NCBI GenBank assembly: GCA_031459535.1
Contig: JAVKIJ010000033.1
Span: 1-34,574, forward strand
Reading direction: 5' to 3'
Length of the DNA stretch: 34,574 nucleotides
From: Candidatus Fervidifonticultor quintus
Lineage (GTDB): Bacteria; Sysuimicrobiota; Sysuimicrobiia; Sysuimicrobiales; Humicultoraceae
The position numbers were made by a program, and so were the translations under genes. Below, piece after piece: positions 1 to 8,565 of the stretch. Numbering within the stretch: the first letter of the stretch is position 1; each line of letters opens with the position of its first letter. The notes under the pieces are model-generated. The model did no database searches, was not told the DNA's origin, and saw nothing but the letters and a program-made list of their open reading frames with translations.

Positions 1-315
<315 letters not shown>

Positions 316-1926
316 CTACTGCCGAACCCGGATCCGAATGGTGTGATATCCGGTGGCGCCATCCGGCAGCGTGGGTGTCTCCTGCGCGGCCTGCATGACG
401 CCCTGCCCGTCCCGCGCGCGGACTTTCAATGTGTACTCGCCCGGTGCTGTCGGCGTCCAGGTCGTGGCCCACAGAACCCAGGTGTATGGGCCCAACGGGG
501 GCTTCACCTCGGCCTTCACCCAGGTCTTGCCGCCGTCGGTGCTCAGCTCCACGTCTCTGATGCCTCGGTCGCCGCTGTACGCAACTCCGCCCACCGCGAC
601 CTCGCCCAACGTCGCGACTCCGCGGCCCGGTACCCGGAACGCCGACATGGTCTTCACCACCGCCTCGTCGCTCCACCCCGACGCCTGCCAGTAGCCCGTG
701 AAGTCGGTGGTCACGGCCTCGATCCTGGTGAGCCACTTCGGGTTCTTCATCCCGAACAGGCCCGGGATCAGCAGGCGCACTGGAAACCCGTGGCTGGGCG
801 GCAGCGGCACACCGTTCATCTCATAGGCCAGCATCACGTCGGGTCTCATCATGTCTGCCACGGGGATACCCTCACTGTACCCGTCGGCGCACCGGAGCGC
901 GAAACGCACGGCCCTGGGGCTTACTCCCCCAGCCCGCGCTACCAGATCCCGGAATCGCACGCCCTTCCACAGGGCGTTGCCGATGAGGTCGCCACCGACC
1001 TCGTTGCTGATGCACTCCAGGGTGTGGTAGCGGGCAAACGACGGCATGGCGCGGATCTCGTCGTAGGTGAGTTTGACCGGTGTAGCCACCAGACCGGTGA
1101 TCTCCAGGGTCCACTTCTTCGCATCGAGCCGGGGGTCGAGCCCCGCCGGGTTCTTGCTCACCACGTAGAACCGGTCGTTGGGCGTGACTTCGGGCGGCAG
1201 CCCCTTGATCCGGTGGAAGATGGACTGCGCGGCCGCAGCCGCGCGCGCGGGGGTCGCGCGCAGCCACCGTCCGAGCGTACCGGCACCGGCGAACGCCCCG
1301 CCGATCACGATCGACCTGGCCAGGAACTCGCGACGGCCCACATTGCCTGATGCGCCGCTCGCCGGCAGCCGGGACGGTGGAGCGCTCGCTGCCGATGTGG
1401 CAGTCGGCACACGCCGACGCACGCGACCGGTCAGCAGCCCCGCCAGGACGTAGGCGGCCGCCACAAGTCCTGCGTATGCGGCTACGGAGAGCGCCACGAG
1501 GCGCGTGGCCACCGCTTCGGGCTGCGCGACCCCCTCGGCGCCCAGAAGAGCGGCCAGATAGCGCAGCGCCGGGGGCGCCGCGAGCAGCGCCAGCCCCAAG
1601 CCGGTTGCGCCGGCCACCGCTAGACCTGCCAGCAGAGGGCGGCGAGCCAGTCGAGCCGCCTGCAGCCCGCCCAACACGCCACAGACCACCACCACAGCGC
1701 CCATACTGGTCCAGAACCCCAGCGGCTTGGCGGCAAACTTCAGGCGCACGATGAGGAAGGCCAGGGCGTGCAACGGCAGCAAACCCCGCACCCGCTCCGC
1801 GATCCCGGCGGCCAGGGCCGGCCCGGCCGGAAACACCCCTGTGACCAGCGCCCAGACCAGCACCCCGCCCGCCAGGGCTCCGGCCAGTGCACCGTGCCAC
1901 GCCCACCGCCGACGCATCGCGTCCAC
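316..1926 (-). CDS. Membrane-anchored molybdopterin-dependent oxidoreductase, sulfite oxidase family, with C-terminal Ig-like dimerisation domain
   Basis: TLECISNEVGG (Mo-ligating Cys), HGFPVRLLIPGLFGMKNPKWL, VELSTDGGKTW, GEYTLKVRARD. About four hydrophobic N-terminal helices, then GRREFL and a further hydrophobic stretch. Confidence 0.9.
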   Translation of the reverse strand: MDAMRRRWAWHGALAGALAGGVLVWALVTGVFPAGPALAAGIAERVRGLLPLHALAFLIVRLKFAAKPLGFWTSMGAVVVVCGVLGGLQAARLARRPLLAGLAVAGATGLGLALLAAPPALRYLAALLGAEGVAQPEAVATRLVALSVAAYAGLVAAAYVLAGLLTGRVRRRVPTATSAASAPPSRLPASGASGNVGRREFLARSIVIGGAFAGAGTLGRWLRATPARAAAAAQSIFHRIKGLPPEVTPNDRFYVVSKNPAGLDPRLDAKKWTLEITGLVATPVKLTYDEIRAMPSFARYHTLECISNEVGGDLIGNALWKGVRFRDLVARAGGVSPRAVRFALRCADGYSEGIPVADMMRPDVMLAYEMNGVPLPPSHGFPVRLLIPGLFGMKNPKWLTRIEAVTTDFTGYWQASGWSDEAVVKTMSAFRVPGRGVATLGEVAVGGVAYSGDRGIRDVELSTDGGKTWVKAEVKPPLGPYTWVLWATTWTPTAPGEYTLKVRARDGQGVMQAAQETPTLPDGATGYHTIRIRVRQ

Positions 1927-2042
1927 CCCCCGCCCGGATGCTCATCCCTATCAACCTGTCGGCGGGACGCAAAGATTCCGTCCACGTGAGCGTCAGGCGG
2001 GCCATGGCACGGGTAGCTGGAAGAGCCCGGCGGCCGCGCCAG

Positions 2043-2654
2043 CTAGGCGCGTTCGCCCAACCCCAACCCTTCGATCTCGCGCTGCCGCTGGACCGCCAGG
2101 TCTATGAGCCACCGGGGCTCCTTGTAGACATAGTCCTTGCGCAGCGGATGGCCTTGCCAGTCCTCCGTCATCATGATCCGGCGGAGGTCAGGATGACCCT
2201 CGAACGTGATCCCGAACAGGTCGTATGTCTCGCGCTCGTGCCAGTTGGCCCCAGCCCAGATCGGCGTCACGCTGGGCACGCGGGGCTCGCTGCGGGGTAC
2301 GCGCACCTTGATGAGGATCTCGTGACAGGCCGCGATCGAGAACAGATGGTAGACGACTTCGAACTGATCCTGCTGCGGCCGGTCCACGGCCGAGACGAAC
2401 GAGCAGTAGTCCAGGTGGAACGGCGCCTCGTCCCGCAACACCCGGCAGATCGTCAGCAGACGCTCGGCGGGGACAAACGCGCCGGGCACGTGATACGTCG
2501 GCCCCCTGGCCTCGTGCCTGGCAGCGGGCCGGCCCGCTGTCGGTTCCGCGGGGGGACCCCCGGCCTCGCCATGGGTGTCGTGCGGCCCTTCGTGCGGGAA
2601 CGGCTCGATCTCAGGAAAGCGCTGCCGGAGTTGCTCGACCAGGGCCCAGCTCAT
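2043..2654 (-). CDS. nuoC: NADH:quinone oxidoreductase subunit C-like
   Basis: FEVVYHLFS, ANWHERETYDLFGITFEGHPDLRRIMM, GHPLRKDY. Start set at ATG 2654, which overlaps the nuoI stop (TGATG); the track ORF extends too far upstream. Confidence 0.93.
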   Translation of the reverse strand: MSWALVEQLRQRFPEIEPFPHEGPHDTHGEAGGPPAEPTAGRPAARHEARGPTYHVPGAFVPAERLLTICRVLRDEAPFHLDYCSFVSAVDRPQQDQFEVVYHLFSIAACHEILIKVRVPRSEPRVPSVTPIWAGANWHERETYDLFGITFEGHPDLRRIMMTEDWQGHPLRKDYVYKEPRWLIDLAVQRQREIEGLGLGERA

Positions 2655-3130
2655 CAGAACCCTCGCATCTTCACCACGCCGTGCGCAATGGGCTCCTTGG
2701 GCGCGGCACGCCGGAGATCGTCCAGATTGTACAGCAGGTTGGCCCGGTTGTACGTGCTGGTCTCGTAGTGGGGCACGAAGACAATGGCCTCGGTGGGACA
2801 CACCTCCACGCACAGCCCGCAGTAGCAACACTTGTCCATCTCGATGTCGAAGCGGGAGAGCAGCCGATCCTTCCCCTTGCCGGTCGCCTCGATGTGAATA
2901 CAGCGATCGGGACAGACGCGCTCACACTGAAAGCAGATGATGCACCGGTCGCTGCCGGTCTCGGGGTCGATGGGCAGGGCCAGCAACCCGTGCCAGCGCG
3001 GCGCGACGTTCACCTTCTCGATCGGGTACTTGACGGTGTTCTTCCGACCGAGTAGCGCCCGCCACGTCACGCGCAACCCGGCGTAGAGCCCGGCCACCGC
3101 ATCCCACGCGCGCAGCGCCCGATCCAGCAT
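2654..3130 (-). CDS. nuoI: NADH:quinone oxidoreductase subunit I-like (2x[4Fe-4S])
   Basis: TVKYP, CIICFQCERVCP and CCYCGLCVEVCP ferredoxin motifs. Confidence 0.93.
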   Translation of the reverse strand: MLDRALRAWDAVAGLYAGLRVTWRALLGRKNTVKYPIEKVNVAPRWHGLLALPIDPETGSDRCIICFQCERVCPDRCIHIEATGKGKDRLLSRFDIEMDKCCYCGLCVEVCPTEAIVFVPHYETSTYNRANLLYNLDDLRRAAPKEPIAHGVVKMRGF

Positions 3131-3140
3131 GCCGGCCTCC

Positions 3141-4244
3141 CTACCTATCCACGTCCGACAACACGATGTCCACGCTACCGAGAATGGCGACGACGTCAGC
3201 CACCTTCCACCCCCGCATCATTTCCGTCAGGGCGTAGAGGTTGGAAAACGACGGCGCGCGGATCTTGACCCGGTACGGCGTGTCCTCTCCCTCGCTGACC
3301 AGGAACACCCCGAGGTCGCCGCGGGGCGACTCGGTCCGGGCGTACGCTTCGCCCCTGGGCAGCTTCACATTCACCGGCACCTTTGCTCGGATCTCGCCGG
3401 CGGGCAACTTCTCGATCGCCTGCTGAATGATTCGAACGCTCTGGCGCATCTCTTCCATGCGGACCTTGTAGCGGGCAAAGCAGTCGCCCTCGTGGAAGAC
3501 CGGCACGTCGAACGCCAACTCGCCATACGCCTCGTAGGGGATCGCCTTGCGGACATCGAAGTCGATGCCCGACCCCCGCGCTACGGGACCGCACGCACCC
3601 ATGTTGACCGCCGCATCCCGGGGCAGCACACCGACGCCCTGCACCCGGGCCAGGAAGATGGGGTTGCCCGTGAGTAGCTCGTGATATTCCTGGAGGTGTT
3701 CGGGGAACTCCTCGCAGAACTGGAGCGCCCGGTCGGTCCAGCCCCCGGGCAGATCCTCGTAGACGCCCCCCGGCCGGAAGTAGACGTGGTGGAGCCGGCC
3801 ACCGGTGACCTGCTCGAACAGGTCCAGGATGCGCTCTCGTTCGCGGAAGCAGTACAGGAACACGGTGGTGGCGCCCAGGTCGATCCCCCACGTGCCCAGC
3901 CAGACCAGGTGGCTGGCCAGCCGCTGGAACTCCAGCATGATGGTGCGCAGGTACCTGGCGCGGGGCGGCGGGGTGATGCCGCCGATCTTCTCGACCGCGA
4001 GCAGGTAGGCTTCTTCGTTGGCCAGGGCGGTCAGGTAGTCCATCCCCCGATCGGTCAGCGCTACATTCTGCAGGTAGGTGCGGTGCTCCATCATCTTCTC
4101 GACCGACGAGTGGAGGTACCCGATGTCGGGCTGGACGTCCACGATGTTCTCGCCGTCGAGGGTGACCACCAGGCGCAGCACGCCGTGCGTGCTGGGGTGC
4201 TGCGGCCCCATGTTGAGCATGAGTTCTTCGGTGCGAAGCGCCAC
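3141..4244 (-). CDS. nuoD: NADH:quinone oxidoreductase subunit D-like
   Basis: LNMGPQHPSTHGVLRL, IGYLHSSVEK, ESPRGDLG, RAPSF, GSVDIVLSDVDR. No NiFe-binding CxxC pairs. Start set at GTG 4244 with GGGAG RBS. Confidence 0.93.
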   Translation of the reverse strand: MALRTEELMLNMGPQHPSTHGVLRLVVTLDGENIVDVQPDIGYLHSSVEKMMEHRTYLQNVALTDRGMDYLTALANEEAYLLAVEKIGGITPPPRARYLRTIMLEFQRLASHLVWLGTWGIDLGATTVFLYCFRERERILDLFEQVTGGRLHHVYFRPGGVYEDLPGGWTDRALQFCEEFPEHLQEYHELLTGNPIFLARVQGVGVLPRDAAVNMGACGPVARGSGIDFDVRKAIPYEAYGELAFDVPVFHEGDCFARYKVRMEEMRQSVRIIQQAIEKLPAGEIRAKVPVNVKLPRGEAYARTESPRGDLGVFLVSEGEDTPYRVKIRAPSFSNLYALTEMMRGWKVADVVAILGSVDIVLSDVDR

Positions 4245-4264
4245 GTCCGAGGCTCCCGGGACGA

Positions 4265-4834
4265 CTACGCGCTGGCGACCAGACCGCGCCGCAAGAACGG
4301 CTCGGCCTTGATCTTCTCCTGCAGCTTGAGAATGCCCTCGATCAACGCCTCGGGCCGAGGGGGACACCCGGGCACGTAGACGTCGACCGGCACCACCTGG
4401 TCGATGCCCTTGAGGATCGAGTAGTTGTCGTAGTAGAACGGCCCGCCGCACGTGGCGCAGGAGCCCATGGAGATCACGTACTTGGGCTCCGGCATCTGCT
4501 CCCACAGGCGCCGGACGATGGGGGCCATCTTGACCGTGCACCGGCCGGCGACGATCATACAGTCCGCCTGCCGAGGCGTGGCACGGGGGATCACGCCCAT
4601 GCGGTCGAGGTCGAACCGGCCGGCCCACGCGGCCATCATCTCGATCGCGCAGCAGGCCAGCCCAAAGGTGAGCGGCCAGAGGCTGGCGGCGCGGCTCCAG
4701 TTGAGCAGGTACTCCACCTTCGACAGGACGACGCTGCCGCCGGGCAGCGCGTCGAGGATCTCGACTGCGGCGTCGACGGGCGCCATGCGCGACGGCGCAG
4801 GACGTTGAGGGAACTGCGGGACCTGGGCGCTCAT
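4265..4834 (-). CDS. nuoB: NADH:quinone oxidoreductase subunit B-like (cluster N2)
   Basis: [52 protein letters not shown] 4834 with GGAGG 5 nt upstream. Confidence 0.95.
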   Translation of the reverse strand: MSAQVPQFPQRPAPSRMAPVDAAVEILDALPGGSVVLSKVEYLLNWSRAASLWPLTFGLACCAIEMMAAWAGRFDLDRMGVIPRATPRQADCMIVAGRCTVKMAPIVRRLWEQMPEPKYVISMGSCATCGGPFYYDNYSILKGIDQVVPVDVYVPGCPPRPEALIEGILKLQEKIKAEPFLRRGLVASA

Positions 4835-4859
4835 CGGCACCTCCGGGGCGATCGCGGCC

Positions 4860-4889
4860 AGTGTATCAGAGGTCGACGAGCAGCGTCAA
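4860..4889 (-). promoter_or_regulatory. Sigma70-type promoter for nuoBDIC
   Basis: Minus strand reads TTGACG-N18-TACACT with an extended -10 TG (TGA-TACACT), about 25 nt upstream of the nuoB start. Confidence 0.65.
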
Positions 4890-4914
4890 ACGTGTGCTGA
4901 GGGCACGCCGTGGA

Positions 4915-5493
4915 TCACCGGACATCCCTGAGAAGCCGCGAGAGGATCAACGGAACCGCGACAACCTGAACGAGCATGCCGGGGATTCCGGACGCGACCG
5001 CCGCTTTGAGATAGACCAGGGCCGGCACCCGGAGCCCGAGTAGGGGTCCAAGGGCCGCTGCCGCCAGGGCGAGGACGATCCGGCCCGCGACCATGGCAAC
5101 GAGGACGCCGGCCGTGAGGACGAGTAGAGGCGAGCGGCGTCCCGACTCACCATGCCGCAACCGCGCCGCCCGCATCGAGAGGCCGGCCACGGCGCCATAG
5201 GTCGCGAGCTCCGCCGTCATGAGTGGAGCCACAGGAGGCACCATGGGAGGCATGCCTGTCAGGAGATGCGACAGCAGCGGTGCCAACGCGCCGACCAGAC
5301 CACCAACCGCCGGACCCGCGAACCCTCCGACAACCAGCACCGGGAGGTGCATGGGGAGCAGGACCGGTCCGAGGCCGAACGGATGGACGGCGATCGGCAG
5401 AGCGATGGCCACGGCCAGCCCCACACCGCCAGCGGCGACTCCCCTCGACCGCCCACCGCGCCTGTCTGGTCGGCCCCCGACCCGGGCGGTCAA
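4915..5493 (-). CDS. ECF transporter substrate-specific (S) component, substrate unknown
   Basis: LLPMHLPVLVVG..GP..G..VG..APLLSHLLTGMPP, M..EL..YG, PGMLVQ; about six TM helices. TTG start overlaps the upstream stop (TTGA 5490-5493). Confidence 0.75.
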   Translation of the reverse strand: MTARVGGRPDRRGGRSRGVAAGGVGLAVAIALPIAVHPFGLGPVLLPMHLPVLVVGGFAGPAVGGLVGALAPLLSHLLTGMPPMVPPVAPLMTAELATYGAVAGLSMRAARLRHGESGRRSPLLVLTAGVLVAMVAGRIVLALAAAALGPLLGLRVPALVYLKAAVASGIPGMLVQVVAVPLILSRLLRDVR

Positions 5494-5960
5494 CCGCGCG
5501 CCTCGGAGCGGCGCATGTGCGCTGCCACACTCCGGACTACGCGGAGGGCCTCGACGGGATCGCGGCAGCCCTGTAGCGCCAGTTCGAACGGACACCCGTC
5601 GGTCTGTGCGCGGTTCAGGATGGCCGGCACCCGGACGCTCCATGAGAGCGCGATGCCGCGCCCCTGGGCTTCGAGCACTGCGGCGTCGCTCGCTGTCTCC
5701 CCGTGCGCCGCCTGCACGTCCACGGCCAGCGCCAGCAGAAGGGCCGCGCGGCCCAACACCCGATCCGCCAGGGCAGTGGCCCGGCCACCATGGTCTCGGA
5801 GCGCCTCCACCGCGTCCAGCAGCGGCATGATCCCATGGCGGTCGCCGCGGGCGACCACTTGACCCCCGCCCACCAGGACAAAGCCCGCCCCTTCGCGCCG
5901 CAGCAAGTCCACCGCGAGGCGGAGGTCGCGATCGACGGCCTCGTCGGCGTGGGTCGTCAT
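5490..5960 (-). CDS. DUF1893 (TM1506-like) protein
   Basis: GIMPLL, ADRVLGRAA, ILNR...DGCPFE pattern typical of DUF1893; next to an ECF S component. Confidence 0.8.
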   Translation of the reverse strand: MTTHADEAVDRDLRLAVDLLRREGAGFVLVGGGQVVARGDRHGIMPLLDAVEALRDHGGRATALADRVLGRAALLLALAVDVQAAHGETASDAAVLEAQGRGIALSWSVRVPAILNRAQTDGCPFELALQGCRDPVEALRVVRSVAAHMRRSEARG

Positions 5961-6688
5961 GGCCCCACGGGCGTGGGCGCCGGCAGCTCCGCGCTGCCCA
6001 GATACGCCAGGACGGCCTCGCGGATTCGCAAGATGTGGCGCCGCGCCGCCGCCTCAGCCGCGTCGGGATCCCGCCGTTCGAAGGCCTCGAGGATGGCCCG
6101 ATGCTCCTCCACCGCCTTCTGCATGCGGCCGGGGATCGTCGCCGATGTCCTGAACACGATGCGAATCTGGTCCTGGAGGGTGTCCAGGGCGTCCATGAGG
6201 CGGCGATTGCCGGCGCGCTCCCGGATCAGCCGGTGGAATTCGAGGTCGATGGCGACGTGAGCGTCGAGATCCCCTCGATCGACGGCCGCTTCGTGGCGCC
6301 CCATGAGGTCGCGAAGCCGGTCCAACAGCGCATCGTCCATCGTGACCGCCGCCAAGCGGGCCGCCAGGCCTTCGAGGATCTCCCGCATCTGGTAGATCTC
6401 GTTCACGTCCTGCTGCCGGAGGATGGCCACGAACGCGCCGCGGTTGGGCAGGGTCGTTACCAGACCGTCCTTCGAGAGCCGCTCCAGCGCCTCCTTGACC
6501 GGCGTCCGGCTGACGCCCAGTTGCCTGGCAAGTTGGGGCACGCTGAGTTTGCTTCCCGCCTTCAGCCGCTGGCTCAAGATGTGTCGCTTGAGCGCCCCAT
6601 AGACGCGGTCGCTGAGACTGGGGGTCATCTCCAGCGGCCTCAGGGCGTCGGTTGGTTCGCTTGGATCCAGATCCCTGATCTGCATCAT
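5957..6688 (-). CDS. GntR-family transcriptional regulator (FadR/FCD type)
   Basis: wHTH LARQLGVSRTPVKEALERL; FCD domain D.EFH...GN..L, EEHRAILEA, H. Confidence 0.93.
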   Translation of the reverse strand: MMQIRDLDPSEPTDALRPLEMTPSLSDRVYGALKRHILSQRLKAGSKLSVPQLARQLGVSRTPVKEALERLSKDGLVTTLPNRGAFVAILRQQDVNEIYQMREILEGLAARLAAVTMDDALLDRLRDLMGRHEAAVDRGDLDAHVAIDLEFHRLIRERAGNRRLMDALDTLQDQIRIVFRTSATIPGRMQKAVEEHRAILEAFERRDPDAAEAAARRHILRIREAVLAYLGSAELPAPTPVGP

Positions 6689-6787
6689 GCCCTTCCTTCA
6701 GGTCCCATAGACCCGAGGATCCCGACGGCAGGCCCCGTCGGGACCTGCCGTCGGGTTACGCGGCAGGCGATGCACCTATCTGTGTAC

Positions 6788-6816
6788 AAGTTACATGCAA
6801 CATGCAGAGCTTTCAA
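6788..6816 (-). promoter_or_regulatory. Putative gntR promoter with tandem heptamers in the spacer
   Basis: Minus strand TTGAAA-N17-TAACTT; ACATGCA ACATGCA (+ strand 6793-6806) lies in the spacer. Confidence 0.55.
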
Positions 6817-6863
6817 GAGACGCGACCAGGAGAACGAGGAACGAATCGCGAAGACAAGAGAGT

Positions 6864-6884
6864 ACATACAGCATTTTACATGCT
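6864..6884 (+). promoter_or_regulatory. Second heptamer array upstream of the ABC operon (candidate GntR operator)
   Basis: ACATACA-GCATTTT-ACATGCT in 7-bp register, similar to the 6793-6806 repeats, in an AT-rich divergent intergenic region. Confidence 0.45.
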
Positions 6885-6911
6885 ATCAACGTACCAATTA
6901 CCGAGTTGAGG

Positions 6912-7718
6912 ATGGCTGTGCGTCACAACACCGGTCGCTCAGGCGCGACGTCGGTTGGAACCAGATACGCGCTAGTGAGCTGGGGCACAGTCGCCGCCAT
7001 CCTCTTCCTGTGGTACCTGAGCACTTCGGCGGGATGGGTGTCCGCCTTCATCCTGCCTTCTCCTGGAGGCCTACTCGCCGAGTTCCGGGTCATGCTCGCG
7101 AAGGGCTACGCCGCCAAGCCGCTGGGAGAGCACGTCCTGGCCAGCCTGTTCCGCACGTTCACAGGCTTGGGACTGGGCATCGTCGTCGGCGTTCCCGTGG
7201 GATTGTCGATGGGCTACAGCCCGCTGGCCTACGCTATTCTGTCGCCGATCTTCGCCTTCCTGCGCCCGATCCCGCCCATCGCCTTCATCCCATTGATGAT
7301 CCTCTACTTTGGCATCGGCGAGTTCTCGAAGGTGGCACTGATCTTCCTGGCCGCCCTCTACTACGTGGTGCTGAACTCCTCGGCAGGCGTGCGCACGGTG
7401 CCCCGGGATCTCATCCGGGCCGGGGAGAACATGGGCCTCAGCCGCGTGCAGCTCTTCGCCAGGGTCATCTTCTGGGCCGCACTGCCCCATATCATGACAG
7501 GCATCAAGACTGCGACCGCGGTGAGCTGGGCAATCGTCGTGGCGGCCGAGCTGATCGCCGCCCAGGCCGGGTTGGGGTTCATGGTGATGGACGCCGCCAC
7601 GTTCTTCCGCGTGCCCAACGTCTACATCGGCATCATCATCATTGGTCTGATCGGCGTCACCCTCGAGGTGATCACGTTCTCCATCGACCGGAGGCTGTTG
7701 CATTGGACCGGCAAGTGA
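6912..7718 (+). CDS. NitT/TauT-family ABC transporter permease (TauC/SsuC-like)
   Basis: LPSP, RPIPPIAFIPL, EAA-like loop LIRAGENMG, VVAAELIAAQAGLG. ATG 6912 with GAG RBS. Confidence 0.9.
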   Translation: MAVRHNTGRSGATSVGTRYALVSWGTVAAILFLWYLSTSAGWVSAFILPSPGGLLAEFRVMLAKGYAAKPLGEHVLASLFRTFTGLGLGIVVGVPVGLSMGYSPLAYAILSPIFAFLRPIPPIAFIPLMILYFGIGEFSKVALIFLAALYYVVLNSSAGVRTVPRDLIRAGENMGLSRVQLFARVIFWAALPHIMTGIKTATAVSWAIVVAAELIAAQAGLGFMVMDAATFFRVPNVYIGIIIIGLIGVTLEVITFSIDRRLLHWTGK

Positions 7719-8554
7719 CCGCGCCGGCGGACGAACCGCCCCCCACCGCCAAGGCCAAGATCGTGTTCCGGCGGGTCGGCCGTGTGTTTCCCTCTACCTC
7801 GAAGCGCTCGAGTCCCGTGGTGGCCCTTCGCGACGTGAGCGGTGAGGTCTTCGATCAGGAGATCGTCGGTTTGCTCGGGCCCAGCGGGTGCGGCAAGACC
7901 ACACTGCTCAATCTCGTGGCGGGATTCGACCGTCAAGACGAGGGCGACATCTATGTCGCCGGCCGCCGTGTCGAACGCCCGGGGCCCGACCGCATGATGG
8001 TCTTCCAGTACCCGGCCCTCTTCGCTTGGTTGACCGTCTGGGAGAACGTGGTCTTCGGCCCCCGGCACCGCGGCGAGAATCCCCGCGACTACGAACCACG
8101 CGCCCGCAGCCTCCTGGACGCCGTCGGTCTGGCCGGGCGCGAACACGACTATCCGTATCAGCTCTCGGGTGGGATGAAGCAGCGCGTGCAGCTCGCACGG
8201 GCCCTACTCAACCGTCCCGAGGTGCTGTTGATGGACGAACCCTTCGGGGCGCTGGACTCCCAGACCCGCAGCCAGATGCAGGAACTCCTCCTGCAGGTCT
8301 GGGACCTCTACCACCCCACGATCCTTCTGGTGACCCACGACCCGGAGGAGGCCCTGTTCCTCTGTCACCGCATCTACGTCATGGGCCGCCAGGGCACCAT
8401 CCGGGAGAGCATTACCGTGCCATTTCCCTCTCCCAGGACCGTGGGATTGATCGGTACGGCCGAGTTCGCGCGCTTGAAGTTCGATCTGCTCTCCGCGTTG
8501 CGGGCCGACGAGAGCAGCACGGCTGCCTCACCGCAGCGTGGAGTCCATACCTAG
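7715..8554 (+). CDS. NitT/TauT-family ABC transporter ATP-binding protein
   Basis: GPSGCGKTT, PGPDR..VFQ, LSGGMKQR, LLMDEPFGALD, VTHD. GTGA overlap with the permease stop. Confidence 0.93.
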   Translation: MTAPADEPPPTAKAKIVFRRVGRVFPSTSKRSSPVVALRDVSGEVFDQEIVGLLGPSGCGKTTLLNLVAGFDRQDEGDIYVAGRRVERPGPDRMMVFQYPALFAWLTVWENVVFGPRHRGENPRDYEPRARSLLDAVGLAGREHDYPYQLSGGMKQRVQLARALLNRPEVLLMDEPFGALDSQTRSQMQELLLQVWDLYHPTILLVTHDPEEALFLCHRIYVMGRQGTIRESITVPFPSPRTVGLIGTAEFARLKFDLLSALRADESSTAASPQRGVHT

Positions 8555-8565
8555 GGAGGTGCCGC

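Noticed and set aside
1927-2042. Possible Moco riboswitch upstream of the molybdoenzyme
   Set aside because: No recognisable conserved motif or convincing multi-stem structure by eye; a cmscan would be needed.
3141-4834. Group 4 [NiFe]-hydrogenase interpretation of the B/D/I/C cluster
   Set aside because: The large subunit lacks both Ni-binding CxxC motifs, the small subunit has the complex I tandem CC, and no maturation genes are present.
6035-7714. Apparent 839-aa ABC ATPase with a long N-terminal extension
   Set aside because: The extension overlaps gntR (antisense) and the permease (other frame). The real start is GTG 7715, coupled to the permease stop.
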